A DNA stretch of 64,000 bases from Octopus sinensis (Eukaryota): the NCBI RefSeq assembly GCF_006345805.1, contig NC_043001.1, positions 102,362,001 to 102,426,000 on the forward strand, read 5' to 3'. The notes beneath the pieces are model-generated. The model did no database searches. It was not told the DNA's origin and saw only the letters and a list, made by a program, of their open reading frames with translations. A program made the translations under genes and the position numbers. Shown one piece after another: positions 25,375 through 39,195 of the stretch. Every line of letters begins with the position of its first letter. The first letter of the stretch is position 1.

Positions 25375-26179
25375 ACATCAACAACAACATACAAGCAACA
25401 TTTGTCATCTTATACATTTAGATGTACAAAAGGTGGGAGCGAAACAAACAATATAAAAAAGGTACAGCCACTCACTGAAACCAGCATCTGCTGCGTTACA
25501 TAGAAAATGGTAAGGTGGGCAAAGGAATCGGTCAATTGGCTTAATAGTAAAAAGTTCATACCTCCATCAGTGACACTAAACAAATTCCTCTTCCCACATA
25601 CTTTGTTGCAGAAATCAAGTGAATGAACGACAATGGAACCACCAAGATTGCTAGCCAATCTTGTCGAAAGCAAATAGAACAAACAATACGATAAAAAAAA
25701 AGAGAAGAAATTTAGACAGCTGGAAATTTTCTTTTTTTAGGAAAAGACAAAAGGGGATCTAAAAATGGGAGATGAAAGCTAACACATTCTTTTCCAGTTA
25801 TATTCAGTTTTGGTTTGGAAACAAAAATAAAGGACAAAGGGAAAACAAGAAAAATATAGCCAGTTGTTAAAAGTGACGGTGCTAGGAGTGTGTGTGTGTG
25901 TGGGGGGGGATGAGAGTGCTTATGGACATCATAACCTTCTATATCTTTAAATCCAGATTTGCTTTTGGCTAAAAGCTCTTTTGCTGTTGTTTGCATTCTC
26001 TGCTTATAATGTTGCTGGCAATGGTTGTGGCAACATGAATGTGTGTGTGTGTGTGTGCGTGTGTGTGTGCGTGTGTGTGTGTGTGGTATGTTCTTATATT
26101 GTGTCTGCAAACTGTGTGGATATGTTTGTATTGTGAAAATGTAATGAAATATGAGTATGCTTGTACACATGTCTGTGTA

Positions 26180-26215
<36 letters not shown>

Positions 26216-27996
26216 TGTGAAAGATGAAAAAGATAAGACCAGATGCAATGGAAAAGGGAGTGTGTTTTGTGGTGTGCATGTGATGCAAAATAAGTGTTGC
26301 ATTGAGATAATTTGCAAAGAAACAAAACAAAAATGCAATGAACCAACAAATAAAGAAATAAAAATGTGAGATGTGAGGTCATCAGCTGACCATGCTTCAG
26401 ATAATGTAGATAATCTCATTCCTACCTGCTACACACACACACACACCTCACTCACTCTCGGGAGAAAAGGTTTGGTTGAAGACAGACAAATACATCGACA
26501 GAGAAGCAGTCAGTCATACAATTCTGCCACTCATTTTTGTCGCTTCCTTGGAGGGAGTAAATACAACAGGAAAGAAACATTTTTTCCGTGCATGCACACA
26601 TGGGCATGGGTGTACGCGTGTGCATGTGTTGTTGTTGTTGTTGGCTTTTCTGAGTTTCCAGATCCTAAGGATTTGGCAGCATTGATATGCGTAGTTGAAG
26701 ATTTGTGCGTTTCACCCACCTCCTAATGAAATAGGGAGTGGGAAGAGAGGGAGGCAGAGTGAGAGAGAGAGAAAGAGAGGGCTAAATAACATTTATCTTA
26801 AGGTTAGATTATTTTTTTCTTCTCCCAGTTTCCAGTAAAGCCACCTGCTACCGTGGCCAACAACAACAACAACAACAACACACACTGCTACCAGCCACAA
26901 CCACAGCCACTTAGCTGTTTGTGGATTTTCCCCAACAGCTTATCAACAACTCCACTATGTTAGACACAATAACAGTGCAATGTTCCAAGTGTCTTTTGAT
27001 GCCAACCCAAACTCATTTTGCTTTTATCTATTTCTTTTTCCCAGCGCATACAATTGTATACATGTGTATGTGAAAGCCTGCTTTTCTTGGCAGAATCTCA
27101 AGAAGTCTATCTTCCACTTGTCAAATATAATGCTTTTGTTTGAATATGCCACTTCTCTTCATACATGGCATGATATGCACAGATATATATATATACACGC
27201 ATCACAAACAGTTCCTGGTTGTGTATTGAACATGATGAGGACTTTTACTTCTAATTAACAGAAGTTTCCGAGAATGGCAATAGTATTTAATCCAAGAATA
27301 ACATGTCATGTTACATGTAAAAACCGTTTTTCCGTTAGCTTTAGCAATCAAGGTACCAGCCACATCTTTCAGTGTACTTATTACATTTCCAGTTGAGCTT
27401 TTCACACATGCAGCCAAATAATGTCAAATGTCCCGAAATTTTAATGTTAATGACAATGTTCTCCAGATTGTATACACTGCTTCAATACCATTTCTCTTTG
27501 GTTAGATGTTGAATGCCAACTTTGGTTCAATTAGTCATAAAATCCTACAGCAGTGGATATATTTACTAAGATGCTTCTCTTGAGCTCTCCCGATGATATA
27601 CTCAATACCGTGAAACGCTGAGTAATATCATGGTCTAATACCCTTATTCAATGTGAAAAGTATTTCAGTATAAGACACTCAGATCAATCCAAGGATTCAC
27701 TTTTTATATTTATTATCACCAGATAAAATCCAGAGATTATTCAATAGACAAAACATACTCTTGATAATATTGGGTTTGATCTCAATAAAAAGAAATTTTG
27801 ATTAGTAAGATATAAAATGCCTAAGCTACTAATAGATTAACAGAGTTGCTTGAATTTTTAGCATGTAGCATCTAATCCTCATCTTATAAACCTGCAACTT
27901 ATTACCACTGCTAATAATGAGATATACTAACTCGTGTGTTTGATCTCTAGCTCTGGTTTTTGAAATTCTAGTTGAGAAATTAATCTTTATCTTCTA

Positions 27997-28322
27997 CTAG
28001 CAGTATCGCCCGGCACTGCTCGGGTTTATTTCAGCCCTTTAAGTGAACATTTTTCTGGTTGAAATACACTGAAAAATGGCAACACAGTCAAAAAGTAGGG
28101 ATTTTCATAGAAAAAAAGCACCTTTTTGATGTAAATAATTTTTGGTGTTAACATGGTCCAATTTGAATTTTTTCTTCTACGGAAAGAAGAGCAAGCCTTC
28201 TTCTATCATACTCTCAATTTTGGTCAACTTGTGCCACAGGGTCTCAGAGGAGATAGTGTTAGTTGAAGGCTACCAAACCTGCCAGACACAGACAACTTCA
28301 GCTTCATATATATATAGAGAGA
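27997..28322 (-). mobile_element. Non-autonomous Helitron sharing the family A 3' end
   Basis: Minus-strand 3' end cccgagcagtgccgggcgatactgctag|t; 5' end tctctatatatatatg...; internal sequence differs from family A. Confidence 0.65.
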
Positions 28323-31300
28323 TTTGAAGATATGTTAAATGTTCAAAACTTAATCCTCAGACCAAGTGAAATTCAAAAGCAAATAGCAGTTTATGGTTCA
28401 ATAAAAAACCCAGTAGAATGCCTGGCATTAAAATATGAATCTTGCACCAGGTTCTCTCTGACCTGCTGACAAGGAGAACTGGTAGGTTCCAAAGAATTTT
28501 GTGATTAATCTTATCTTTTGCTTGTTTCAGTCCAGACATACTGAGGCACAGCCTTCAAGAGTTTTGGTCAAACAAATTGAGCCTAATGTTTACGTTTTAA
28601 GTCTGGTTCTTATTCTATTGGTCTCTTTTGCCAAACTGCTAAGTTAACAAACATTTAATAGGATAGTTTGATTTGGATCAATGGAGAAGACAGTGAGAAT
28701 GTACCATGGTACCAGACTTGGTACCATGGAACCAGACTTGGACTTCACATCTTTTCTCCTGTAAAATAGTTTTTTGTCCCACAAGTGATGCAGCACAAAA
28801 ACACCCATACATAGAAAAAAGTGTAATTAAGAAAAAAAAACCTTCACACATACCCCACCCTCTCTATCCATCTATCTATCTAGCTATGTATATATATATA
28901 TATATATATATAGATGTGTATGTGTGTGCATTGTTTTAGAATATGCATCTATATACAAGCAAACTTCCATATACAACTTTTAAAATATATCAATAATTAA
29001 AAAGAAAATAAAACAAATCAACAATTTTGAGTGACGACAATAAACGAGAGGAAGAGAAGCAAGAGAAAACTTTAATATTTCAAAATCTGAATATATTTTG
29101 ACAACTAGAGAAGATGGGCGGGGGGTGAAATAATTTGATAAAATGTTTGGAAAAATTAACAGAACATTAAAAAAATATGAAGAGAAAATATTAAAAAAAA
29201 AAGACATCATGTTATGCTATACATATTTTACATTTGTTTAAATGTAGAGGTACTGGTAAATTCTGGCATTGTACATATTTAATAGGCTGTCACAGCCAAT
29301 CAAGCTTATTGTTTTTTCAAAAGAAAGTCGTAGCTCGAAGTCTTTTGGACAACTTATATTATTTTTATTTTGATAGACAGCTTATTAAAAAATATTTGGG
29401 AAATTTATCCACCAAGCTATTTAGCATCGTTTCCTTTAGCTTAACTGGCACTTCGTCAGTGACGACGACGAAGGTTTTAAGGTGATTTGATCAATGGAAC
29501 AGTCTGCTCGTCAAATTAATGTACAAGAGGCTGAGCGGTCCACAGACATGCGTACCCTTCGTGTAGTTCCCAGAAGAGATTCAGAGTGACACAGAATGTG
29601 ACAAGGCCAGCCCCTTTTGAATTACAGGTACAGTTCATTTTTGTCAGCTGAGTGGACTGGAGCAATGTGAAATGAAGTGTCTTGCCCAAGGACACAACAT
29701 GCACCAGCTAGAATGAAACTCACAACCTTAGAATCATGCCAGATACCCTAACCACTAAGCCACGTGCCTTCACTTCTTTTACCACCTCTCTGTCTCTGTC
29801 TATCTCTCTCACTCTCTCTCTCTTATACATGGGATAATAAACACATATTAATGTGCTCACATATTAGTATACATACATAGACAGTTAAGCGCACACATAC
29901 ACACACACACAAATCAGGGCATCAAAACTAGACAAAGACTAGTGAATGGCAGAAATGCATGAAACAGAAACAAGCAATTTTACTTTTTTGTTTGGTCACT
30001 GTAATGGTGGTGAAGTCATTTGTCAGGTTACATCAAATTCTTACACTATTTGCTTCCCACAGCAAAATCATCAGATTTGTCAATTCAGCAATTCAGCCAA
30101 AAAAAAATGGTCCTTTGTAGTTTGGTTCAATAATAAAATACTTAGCCGAAAGAATTCAACTGAAGAAAATGCCAACTGATGACAATTAAGGAGGAAATAT
30201 GCAGAATGTACTGGCTTTGTGGTTAAACGAAAGGTTTTTGTGAAGCAAACACAGAAACCACTCCAAATTCACCAATGTATACTGCAATAAAACATTATTA
30301 GGCTTGCATCAAGAATGCCCCATCACTTTGGAACTCAAGAAATGACAGCAGAAAAGAATTCCAAAATTTTAAGAATGATCTTACTTAATTCTTGGAGATC
30401 TCACATAAATATATGCATATAACAACACCACCACCACCACTAACAACAACAACAAATAAAAAAAAAATAAAGATGACATCTCTGATTGTTAGAGAGACAG
30501 CAAGTGTTGTCAAAATAAAAAAAAATGTATAAGCATCTCCACAAGAGACTATCTTCCAGATATAATTGCCTAAATTTCAGACTGGCCAAAGAAAAATGTG
30601 GACATGTCTGCTTCCGTAGCCTTCCCCCACCCCCACTACCAATCATTTTCAAGAAAGGAGACATATGGAGGTTTAGGGTGATACAACAGAGCATGACAAA
30701 AAACTGTCTGAAAATATCAAACTCACTACCAGTGCAACATGAGAATTACCATCACCATTCTCGTTGAATTTTCCCCATTCAGGCATAGGTTGAACAAATT
30801 ACATATGTCCTGCTTGTTTTCCAAGTGTGGTAAGCACCATTTGAGTGTGATCATTGCCACCGTCGCCTTACCAGCACATATGCCAGTGGCACATGAAAAA
30901 CAACATTTGAGCATGGTTGTTGCCAGTGCCACCGGACTGGCTCCCGTGCAGGTCGCACGTAAAAAACACCTTTTGAGTGTGGTCATTGCCAGAACTGCTT
31001 GAAAGGCCCTCATGCCGGTGGCACATAAAAGCACCCACTACACTCTTGGAGTGATTGGCGTTAGGAAGGGCATTCAGCTGTGGAAACTTTGCCAGATCAG
31101 ATTGAGCCTGGTGCAGCCTTCTGGCCTACCAGTCCTCAGTCAAACCATCCCACCCATGCCAGCATGGAAAGCAGGCGTTGAATGATGATGATAATAGTAC
31201 TTTATTCCTCTGGTCTTCAGAAGGTTAAGCACCAAAACCACCAAAACTTCAGGGTCTATTCTTCACACAAACAATTAACACTTTTATTCCCATGTGAAAA

Positions 31301-32341
31301 CAGACATGTGAAAACAGACAGGTGCAAACAAGTGTATGATAAACTTAATCTTTTATTTGTTTCATCAGATTGTGGCCATGCTGGGGCACTGTCTTAATGA
31401 ATTTTAGTCCTACACTTGTTTCTTTTTAAACCCAGTAATTATTCTATTGGTTAAACTGCTAAGTTTGGGAGATGTAAACACACCAACACTAGTTGTCAAC
31501 CAGACACACATACATACATATGAGGCTTCTTTCAGTTTCCTTCTACCAGATCCACTGACAAGGCTTTGGTTGGTCCAAGGCTATAGTAGAAGACACTTGC
31601 CCAAGATGCCTCGCAGTGGGACTGAACCTGGAACCCTGTGGTTGGGAAGTAAACCACATAGCTATATCTGTGCTTGTTTGGTTTCAATCAACTGAATTTC
31701 ACTAACAATGCATTGGTCAGCCGAAAGTGCTAAACAATTGGCTGGAGTCCAGAGCTACATGGTCATGAAGTGCATTTCATAACCAGAGTTACGCCAGCAC
31801 TGACAAACAAATCTATATACAACGACACATCAGATGAAAATATCAAAGGTATATATATGCATTCAGCTCTTTAATAAACATCACATGTAGGTGCCACTCA
31901 TTAAGTCTCATTTGATAGCCAACCCAAGGCTGAAGCAGAAGATAAATGCAGTTGAATCACACAAAGATCCTCTTGGGTACAGAGTAAACTTGTTAATTGC
32001 ACAGCCATGTTGGTTTGGGACTTAACAATTTTGCCATTTAATATTGGCAAGGCCAGTCATAAGGTTGTTGATAAATGTCAATACTTGATACACAAAGTGT
32101 GGGTGTTGCCATTTATACTTACCATTGATGCACTTGCTTAAGAAGTAGATGTACTCTGCTTACTTAAGTAAACATATTCACAATTTTCCCGCCAAATCCT
32201 GAGGTTACTATTAAGGTAATCAACTGAGTGTATGCATAGAGTCCTGGCAGAAGGCGGAGAGGTCTAGTGCCACTTCATCTCATACCTTACATAAATATAC
32301 ATACATATATATATATATAATAATAATAATATAAATTATAA

Positions 32342-32372
<31 letters not shown>

Positions 32373-32627
32373 TAAATATATATATATATATATATGTGCA
32401 TACCAGCCTCCCCTCTCCACGCCACCAGTGTTATCCAAGGGAAGGCAAAAGACGATACAGCTTGGCACCAGTGAACTGGAGCAACGTGAAATAAAGTGTC
32501 TTGCTCAAGAACACAACACACAGCCCGGTCCAGGATTCAAACTCACAACCTCACGATCGTAAGCTCGATGCTCTAACCACTGAGCCATGCACCTTCATAT
32601 ATATATATATATATATATATAATATCC

Positions 32628-32658
<31 letters not shown>

Positions 32659-32852
32659 GATGAAGGGATTGTTCATTATGTTGCCTGTCTTGATTTTCTA
32701 TTTGTTTCTATCATTGTTCACAAAAAAAGTTTGTTTTCCATGTTTTCGCACTTCATGTTCTCGTTTTCCTTGTTATATTTTTTGATATCCTGTACCTTTT
32801 TATGCATGTGTATATACATATATATCCAAGTATGTACATGTATGTATATATA

Positions 32853-32883
<31 letters not shown>

Positions 32884-33593
32884 TGATAGAAATGGCAAGA
32901 AAACAAAACAATGAAAGAGAGGAATTTATCTGTAAACATATGTGACAATTATTCGGTAGCCATGATAAAACTCTGTGTTTCGGATGTCGGGACGGAAACC
33001 CACACCGGCAATATTGTATTGAGAGATAGATAGATATATGAAATATGATTATTTAAGAAGTTTAAGATATCTTACAAAGAATGTATTACCCTTCAAAATG
33101 AAATCTAAAATTGGTAATCATTATTAGGTCATACATCCACTCGTAAGAGAAAAGGGTGTATCTTTGTATAGTCAGGAGCACTTATTCAAAATTCAGTATA
33201 CTGTATTCTCATTGAATATATCTGATTAACTATATATATATATGTATGCATATATGGGTACAGGACGTCACCAGCTGTGTAAACAACATGATGTGCGAAA
33301 ACAAACGAGTTGAATATGCAAACAACAAGAGGAAAAAATGGAAAACCGGATAAGTAACACAAAGAACAACCCTTCATCAATTACTGGCTGTCGATTTACT
33401 CCTCATTTCGAGCATTTAACAACAATATGAGTCTTCAAAGACAGTTGCTCCCATAAATTCCCAAATAAAATTTAGGATTTATGGAGGGTCAAAGTTGGGA
33501 ACAAAAACAGGACAGTGGAGACATACAAGGAAACCGAACAAACATGGAGGGGCGTTAGACCAGAATGTGAGGAAAGTAATATATATATATATA

Positions 33594-33814
33594 ATGGCGG
33601 CGAGCTGGCAGAACCGTTAGCATGCCGGGCGAAATGCGTAGGCGTATTTCGTCTGCCGTTACGTTCTGAGTTCAAATTCCGCCGAGGTCGACTTTGCCTT
33701 TCATCCTTTCGGGGTCGATAAATTAAGTACCAGTTACGCACTGGGGTCGATATAATCGACTTAATCCGTTTGTCTGTCCTCTCTGTGTTTAGCCCCTTGT
33801 GGGTAGTAAAGAAA
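33594..33814 (+). mobile_element. Young tRNA-derived SINE in (AT)n
   Basis: ggcggcgagctggcagaaccgttagc...gagttcaaattccgcc...gggtagtaaagaaat; (AT)n on both sides. Confidence 0.9.
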
Positions 33815-34000
33815 TATATATATATATCATCATCATCATCATCATCATCATTTAACGTCCGCTTTCCATGCTAGCATGGGTTGGACGGTTCAACTGGGGT
33901 CTGGGGAGCCCGAAAGCTGCACCAGTCCAGTCAGATCTGGCAGTGTTTCTACAGCTGGATGCCCTTCCTAACGCCAACCACTCCGAGAGTGTAGTGGGTG

Positions 34001-36080
34001 ATTTTATGTGCCACCGACACAGGTGCCAGACGAGGCTGGCAAACGCCCACGCTCGGATGGTGTTTTTTATGTGCCACCGACACAGGTGCCAGACGAGGCT
34101 GGCAGACGGCCACGCTCGGATGGTGTTTTTATGTGCCACCGACACAGGTGCCAGATGAGGCTGGCAAACGGCCACGATCGGATGGTGCTTGTTACGTGCC
34201 CACAGCACGGAGGCCAGTCGATGCGGTACTGGCTACGACCACGTTCGGATGGTTTTCTTGTGTGCCACGTGCCACCGGCACTGGTACCACAAAGATACAA
34301 ATTCCATTGATGTTCATCTATTTTGATTTGTTTTGATTTTCATTTGCCTCAACAGGTCTTCACAAGTGTCACAAGAAGGAAGGTATGCACAGGTGGACTG
34401 ACTACGTCCCAGGTAGGGGCCATGGGTTATGGCCTGACTAGTCTTGCCGGGTCTTCAGATGGTGTTTTTATGTGCCACCGACACAGGTGCTAGATGAGGC
34501 TGGCGAACGGCCACGATCGGATGGTGTTTGTCATGTGCCCACCGCACTGACTACAGCACTGATGGATTTCTTGTGTGCCACGGCACTGGTACCACAAGAT
34601 ACAAATTCCATTGATGTTCATCTATTTTGTCTATTTTGATTTGATTTGATTTGATTTTGATTTTCACTTGCCTCAACCGGTCTTCACAAGTGTCACAAGA
34701 AGGAAGGTATGCACAGGTGGACTGACTAGTCTTGCCGGGTCTTCGGAAGGTGTTTTTATGTGCCACCGACACAGGTGCCAGATGAGGCTGGCGAACAGCC
34801 ATGATCGGATGGTGTTTGTTACGTGCCCACAGCACGGAGGCCGGTCGATGCGGAACTGGCTACGGCCACGTTCGGATGGTTCTCTTGTGTGCCACCGACA
34901 CTGGTACCACAAAGATACAGATTCCATTGATGTTCATCTATTTTGATTTGTTTTGATTTTGATTTTCACTTGCCTCAACAGGTCTTCACAAGTGTCACAA
35001 TAAGGAAGGTATGCACAGGTGGACTGACTACGTCCCAGGTAGGGGCCATGGGTTATGGCCTGACTAGTCTTGCCGGGTCTTCGGATGGTGTTTTTATGTG
35101 CCACCGACACAGGTGCTAGATGAGGCTGGCGAACGGCCACGATCGGATGGTGTTTGTCATGTGCCCACAGCACGGAGGCCAGTCGATGCGGTACTGGCTA
35201 CGGCCACTTTCGGATGGTTTTCTCTTGTGTGCCACCGGCACTGGTACCACAAAGATACAAATTCCATTGATGTTGATTTGTTTTGATTTGATTTTGATTT
35301 TGATTTTCACTTGCCTCAACAGGCCTTCACAAGTATCACAAGGAGGAAGGTATGCACAGGTGGACTGACTACGTCCCAGGTAGGGGCCATGGTTTATGGC
35401 CTGACTAGTCTTGCCGGGTCTTCGGATGGTGTTTTTATGTGCCACCGACACAGGTGCTAGATGAGGCTGGCGAACGGCCACGACCGGATGGTGTTTGTTA
35501 TGTGCCCACAGCACGATGGCCAGTGATGCGGTACTGACTACGGCCACGCTCGGATGGATTCTTGTGTGCCACCGGCACTGGTACCACAAGCGGTACTGAC
35601 TACGGCCACGTTCGGATGGATTCTTGTGTGCCACCGGCACTGGTACCACAAAGATACAAATTCCATTGATGTTCATCTATTTTGATTTGTTTTCATTTTC
35701 ACTTGCCTCAACAGGTCTTCACAAGTGTCGCAAGAAGGAAGGTATGTACAGGTGGACTGACTACGTCCCAGGTAGGGCCCACGGGTTATGACCTGACTAG
35801 TCTTGCGGGTCTTCGGATGGTGTTTTTATGTGCCACCATGTTCCCACAGCACGGAGGCGAGTCGATGCGGTACTGGCTACGGCCACGTTCGGATGGTTTT
35901 CTTGTGTGCCACAGGCACTGGTACCACAAAGATATAAATTCCATTGATGTTCATCTATTTTGATTGATTTTCACTTGCCTCAGCAGGTCTTCACAAGTGT
36001 CACAAGAAGGAAGGTATGCACAGGTGGATCGACTACGTCCCAGGTAGGGGCCACGGGATATGGCCTGACTAGTCCAGCCG
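34001..36080 (-). repeat. Tandem array in the LINE 3' region: three ~62-bp units plus about six 270-390-bp units
   Basis: gtgccaccga at 34008, 34071 and 34133; gtc(tt/ca)gc(c)gggtc marker at 34441, 34729, 35067, 35408, 35800 and 36072. Confidence 0.95.
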
Positions 36081-38997
36081 GGTCCTCTCATGCACAGCAC
36101 ACTTCCATAGGACTCGGTCTTCAGTCATTTCCTTGGTGAGACCTAAAGTTCGAAGGTCGTGCTTCACCACCTCGTCCCAGGTTTTCCTGGGTCTACCTCT
36201 TCCACAGGTTCCCTCAACCACTAGGGTGTAGCACTTTTGCACACAACTATCTTCAGCCATTCTCGTCACATGACCATACCAGCGCAGCCGTCTCTCTTGC
36301 ACACCACAACTGACACTTCTTAGGTTCAACTTTTCTCTCAAAGTACTTACACTCTGACGATTATGAACACTGACATTACACATCCATCGGAGCATACTGG
36401 CTTCATTTCTTGCAAGCTTACGCATATCCTCAGCTGTCACGGCCCATGTTTCACTACCATGTAGCATGGCTGTACGTACACACGCATCATATAGTCTGCT
36501 TTTTACTCTTAGCGAGAGGCCTTTTGTCACCAGCAGGGGTAAGAGCTATTTTCCTAGTTAGCCTTCCTTTGACATTGCTGCACCTCTTATGTGTCCATAG
36601 CTTACACTTGGTGCACCTTATAGAGTTTCTACCTACACCTTTTTTACAGATCGAGCAGGGCCATCTACCTGAAGTCGTTTGTGGTTGGTCCACCTTCCTA
36701 CTTATTAGGACTTTGGTTTTGGCTAGGTTGATTCTAAGGCCCTTCGATTCTAATCCTTGTTTCCACACCTGAAACTTCTCCTCCAGTTCTGATAGTGACT
36801 CAGCAATTAGAGCAAGGTCATCAGCATATAGGAGCTCCCAGGGGCATCCTGTCTTAAATTCTTCCGTTATTGCCTGGAGGACTATGATAAATAGGAGGGG
36901 GCTGAGGACTGAACCTTGGTGGACCCCAACCTCTACCCGGAATTCTTCACTGTACTCGTTGCCAACCCTCACCTTACTAGCTGCGTCTCTGTACATGGCT
37001 CGCACAGCTCTCACTAACCATTCATCTATCCCTAGTTTCCTCATTGACCACCAGATAAGGGATCGGGGGACCCTGTCAAAGGCTTTCTCTAAGTTAACAA
37101 AAGCCAGGTACAAGGGCTTACCTTTGGCTAGGTATTTCTCCTGCAGCTGTCTTACCAGGAATATAGCATCAGTAGTACTTTTCCCTGGCACGAACCCAAA
37201 CTGCATATCATCTAAGCTAACTCTCTCTCTAATTAAATGGGCTATAACCCTCTCCGTAACCTTCATTACCTGATCCAACAGCTTGATGCCCCTGTAGTTA
37301 TTTGTATCTAGGGCATCGCCTTTACCTTTTTAGCAGTTGACTATTATGCTGCTACACCAGTCATTGGGTATGACTCCTTCGTGTATCACCTGGTTAACTA
37401 TACGGGTGACTATGCTATAGCCGACACTACCAGATATTTTGAGCATCTCTGCAGTAATTCCTGATGGGCCTGGGGCTTTCCCTGTCTTCATGCTTCTAAT
37501 TGCCTTAGCTACCACGGAACTATCAACTCGGATAGCTGGTCCCTCTGTTGGGTCAACATTCGGCAGACTCTCTTTATCCCATTCATTTTCCTCATTCAGC
37601 AACCTTTCATAGTGGCGTCTCCAAGCTTCTCTCTTTGCATCCTCATTTAGCGCAAGTGAACCATCCTCCATGCGAACACATTCTCTCCTACCACATCTCG
37701 ATTCTCTCTCACACACTGTCTTGCAACACGAAATACCTCAAGTCTTTCATCCTCACGGCGCAGGACATTGGCAAATTTTCTTTTATCTGCTTCCCCTCTG
37801 GCTAGATAGACCTGTCTCCTGGCTTCCCTTCTGGCAGTCTGATACACTTCCCTGCTACCACCGTTCTTCCAGGCCTTCCAAGCCTGTTTCTTTTGTCTAA
37901 TAGCCCTATCAACAATATTGTTCCACCACCATGTTATTTTGGGTCTTAAGGGGACTTTGCACCAACCACAGATCTGGTCAGCAGCTTTCAGCAGGTTGTC
38001 CCTCAGAAACGTCCAGTTGTCTTCTACCCCATGTGTAGCTATACCCCCTTCCACTTCGTCAAAGGCTTCAAGTAACATATCTCTAAATCTCTGTCCATTC
38101 GCAGGGTCTTTAAGCTTCCAGACCTTCTTCTCCATGTTGGTCGTCTTCTAGTCGCCCTCTTAGTCCTGATCCTAAAGTCACTAACTACCAGTCTATGTTG
38201 TGGGGTGCATTCTTCGCCTGGGAAGGTTTTGGCATTTATAAGCAGCCATCTTTCCCTTTTTCTGGCGAGGATGTAGTCGATTTGGCTAGTATGCCGGCCC
38301 GATCGGTAGGTGACCAGGTGGCTTGTTGGTTTCCTGAAGTTAGTGTTGCAGATCATAAGACTATTCGCATCGCAGAACTCCAGCAGCCTGGTTCCCTCCT
38401 CGTTGCGGGAACCATAACCGTAGCCTCCATGCACGCCATGGAAGCCCCCAGCATGTCGTCCAACATGCCCATTGAAATCACCAGCCACAAAGAGAAGGTC
38501 CCTGTCGTTCGTCAATGAGGTGGTCTGCAGTAGGGTGTCATAGAAACTGTCTTTCTGTCCATCGGGTAGCCCTGGCTGAGGGGCATAGGCCGATATAATG
38601 GTTGCTAATCTATTATGAAGCACTATTCTAATCTTAATATTCTGTCACTTACTCTGATTACCTCAATTACTCTATCTATCCATTTCTCAGCGATAAGTAT
38701 ACCCACGCCACCAACCCCGTCAGTGTTCCCTGCCCAGAAAATCTTGTACCTGTGTTCCTTGCCTGTGAGGAACCTAGCAGATCCTCCTCTCCATCTTATT
38801 TCTTGCATACAACATACGTCAACACGTCTCCGTTCAAGCATCTCGACTATCTCGCCAGACCTACCTTTCAGTGTGCCAGCGTTGAGGGTGCCCACCCTGA
38901 GGGGGTGGAAGGTATTGACCCGAGAGGCCCAGGGACGGGGAGCAGTGCCGTCATGTACCTGAAAAGAAGAAGAAAACTCGCATTTGGCAGAATTCAT
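36069..38997 (-). pseudogene. RTE endonuclease/reverse-transcriptase ORF broken into pieces
   Basis: ORF-track segments 38623-39003, 38039-38623, 37647-38135, 37330-37716, 36487-37278 and 36069-36530 join via 1-nt frameshifts near 38635, 38125 and 37685, an in-frame TAA at 37330-37332 (NC*KGKGD) and an internal deletion near 36547. Confidence 0.93.
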
Positions 38998-39149
38998 AAG
39001 CAAAGCAATGAACTTAAGTTCAACCTGTTACACTGCACTAACATGTTTTTGCGCCGTATGGTCACCACCATATATAGAAGGGGTGGTATTGGTTTAAGGC
39101 CTTTAGGTGTTCATGGAAGAAAAGCAAAGGAAGGCAAGGTGAGATAAGG

Positions 39150-39195
39150 ACTTCCGGTACTGGTGGTGGGGGCGGGAGGGCGGGCGCACTGCGCA
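39150..39195 (-). promoter_or_regulatory. Candidate internal Pol II promoter module of the LINE
   Basis: CCGGAAGT (ETS-like, 39150-39157), two GGGCGG boxes (39170-39175, 39178-39183) and an NRF1-like TGCGCAGTGCGC (39184-39195), clustered ~150-200 nt upstream of the ORF ATG at 38997. Motif match only. Confidence 0.45.

Noticed and set aside
27202-27700. Coding-like minus-strand stretch (LAACVKSSTGNVISTLKDVAG...SWIKYY), vaguely like a pogo/CENP-B-type HTH
   Set aside because: Stops upstream, no TIRs, and the resemblance is too weak to call.
36410-39147. Plus-strand ORFs over the LINE (36410-36772, 36884-37273, 38195-38518, 38752-39147 and others)
   Set aside because: Antisense shadows of the RTE ORF with no independent motifs.
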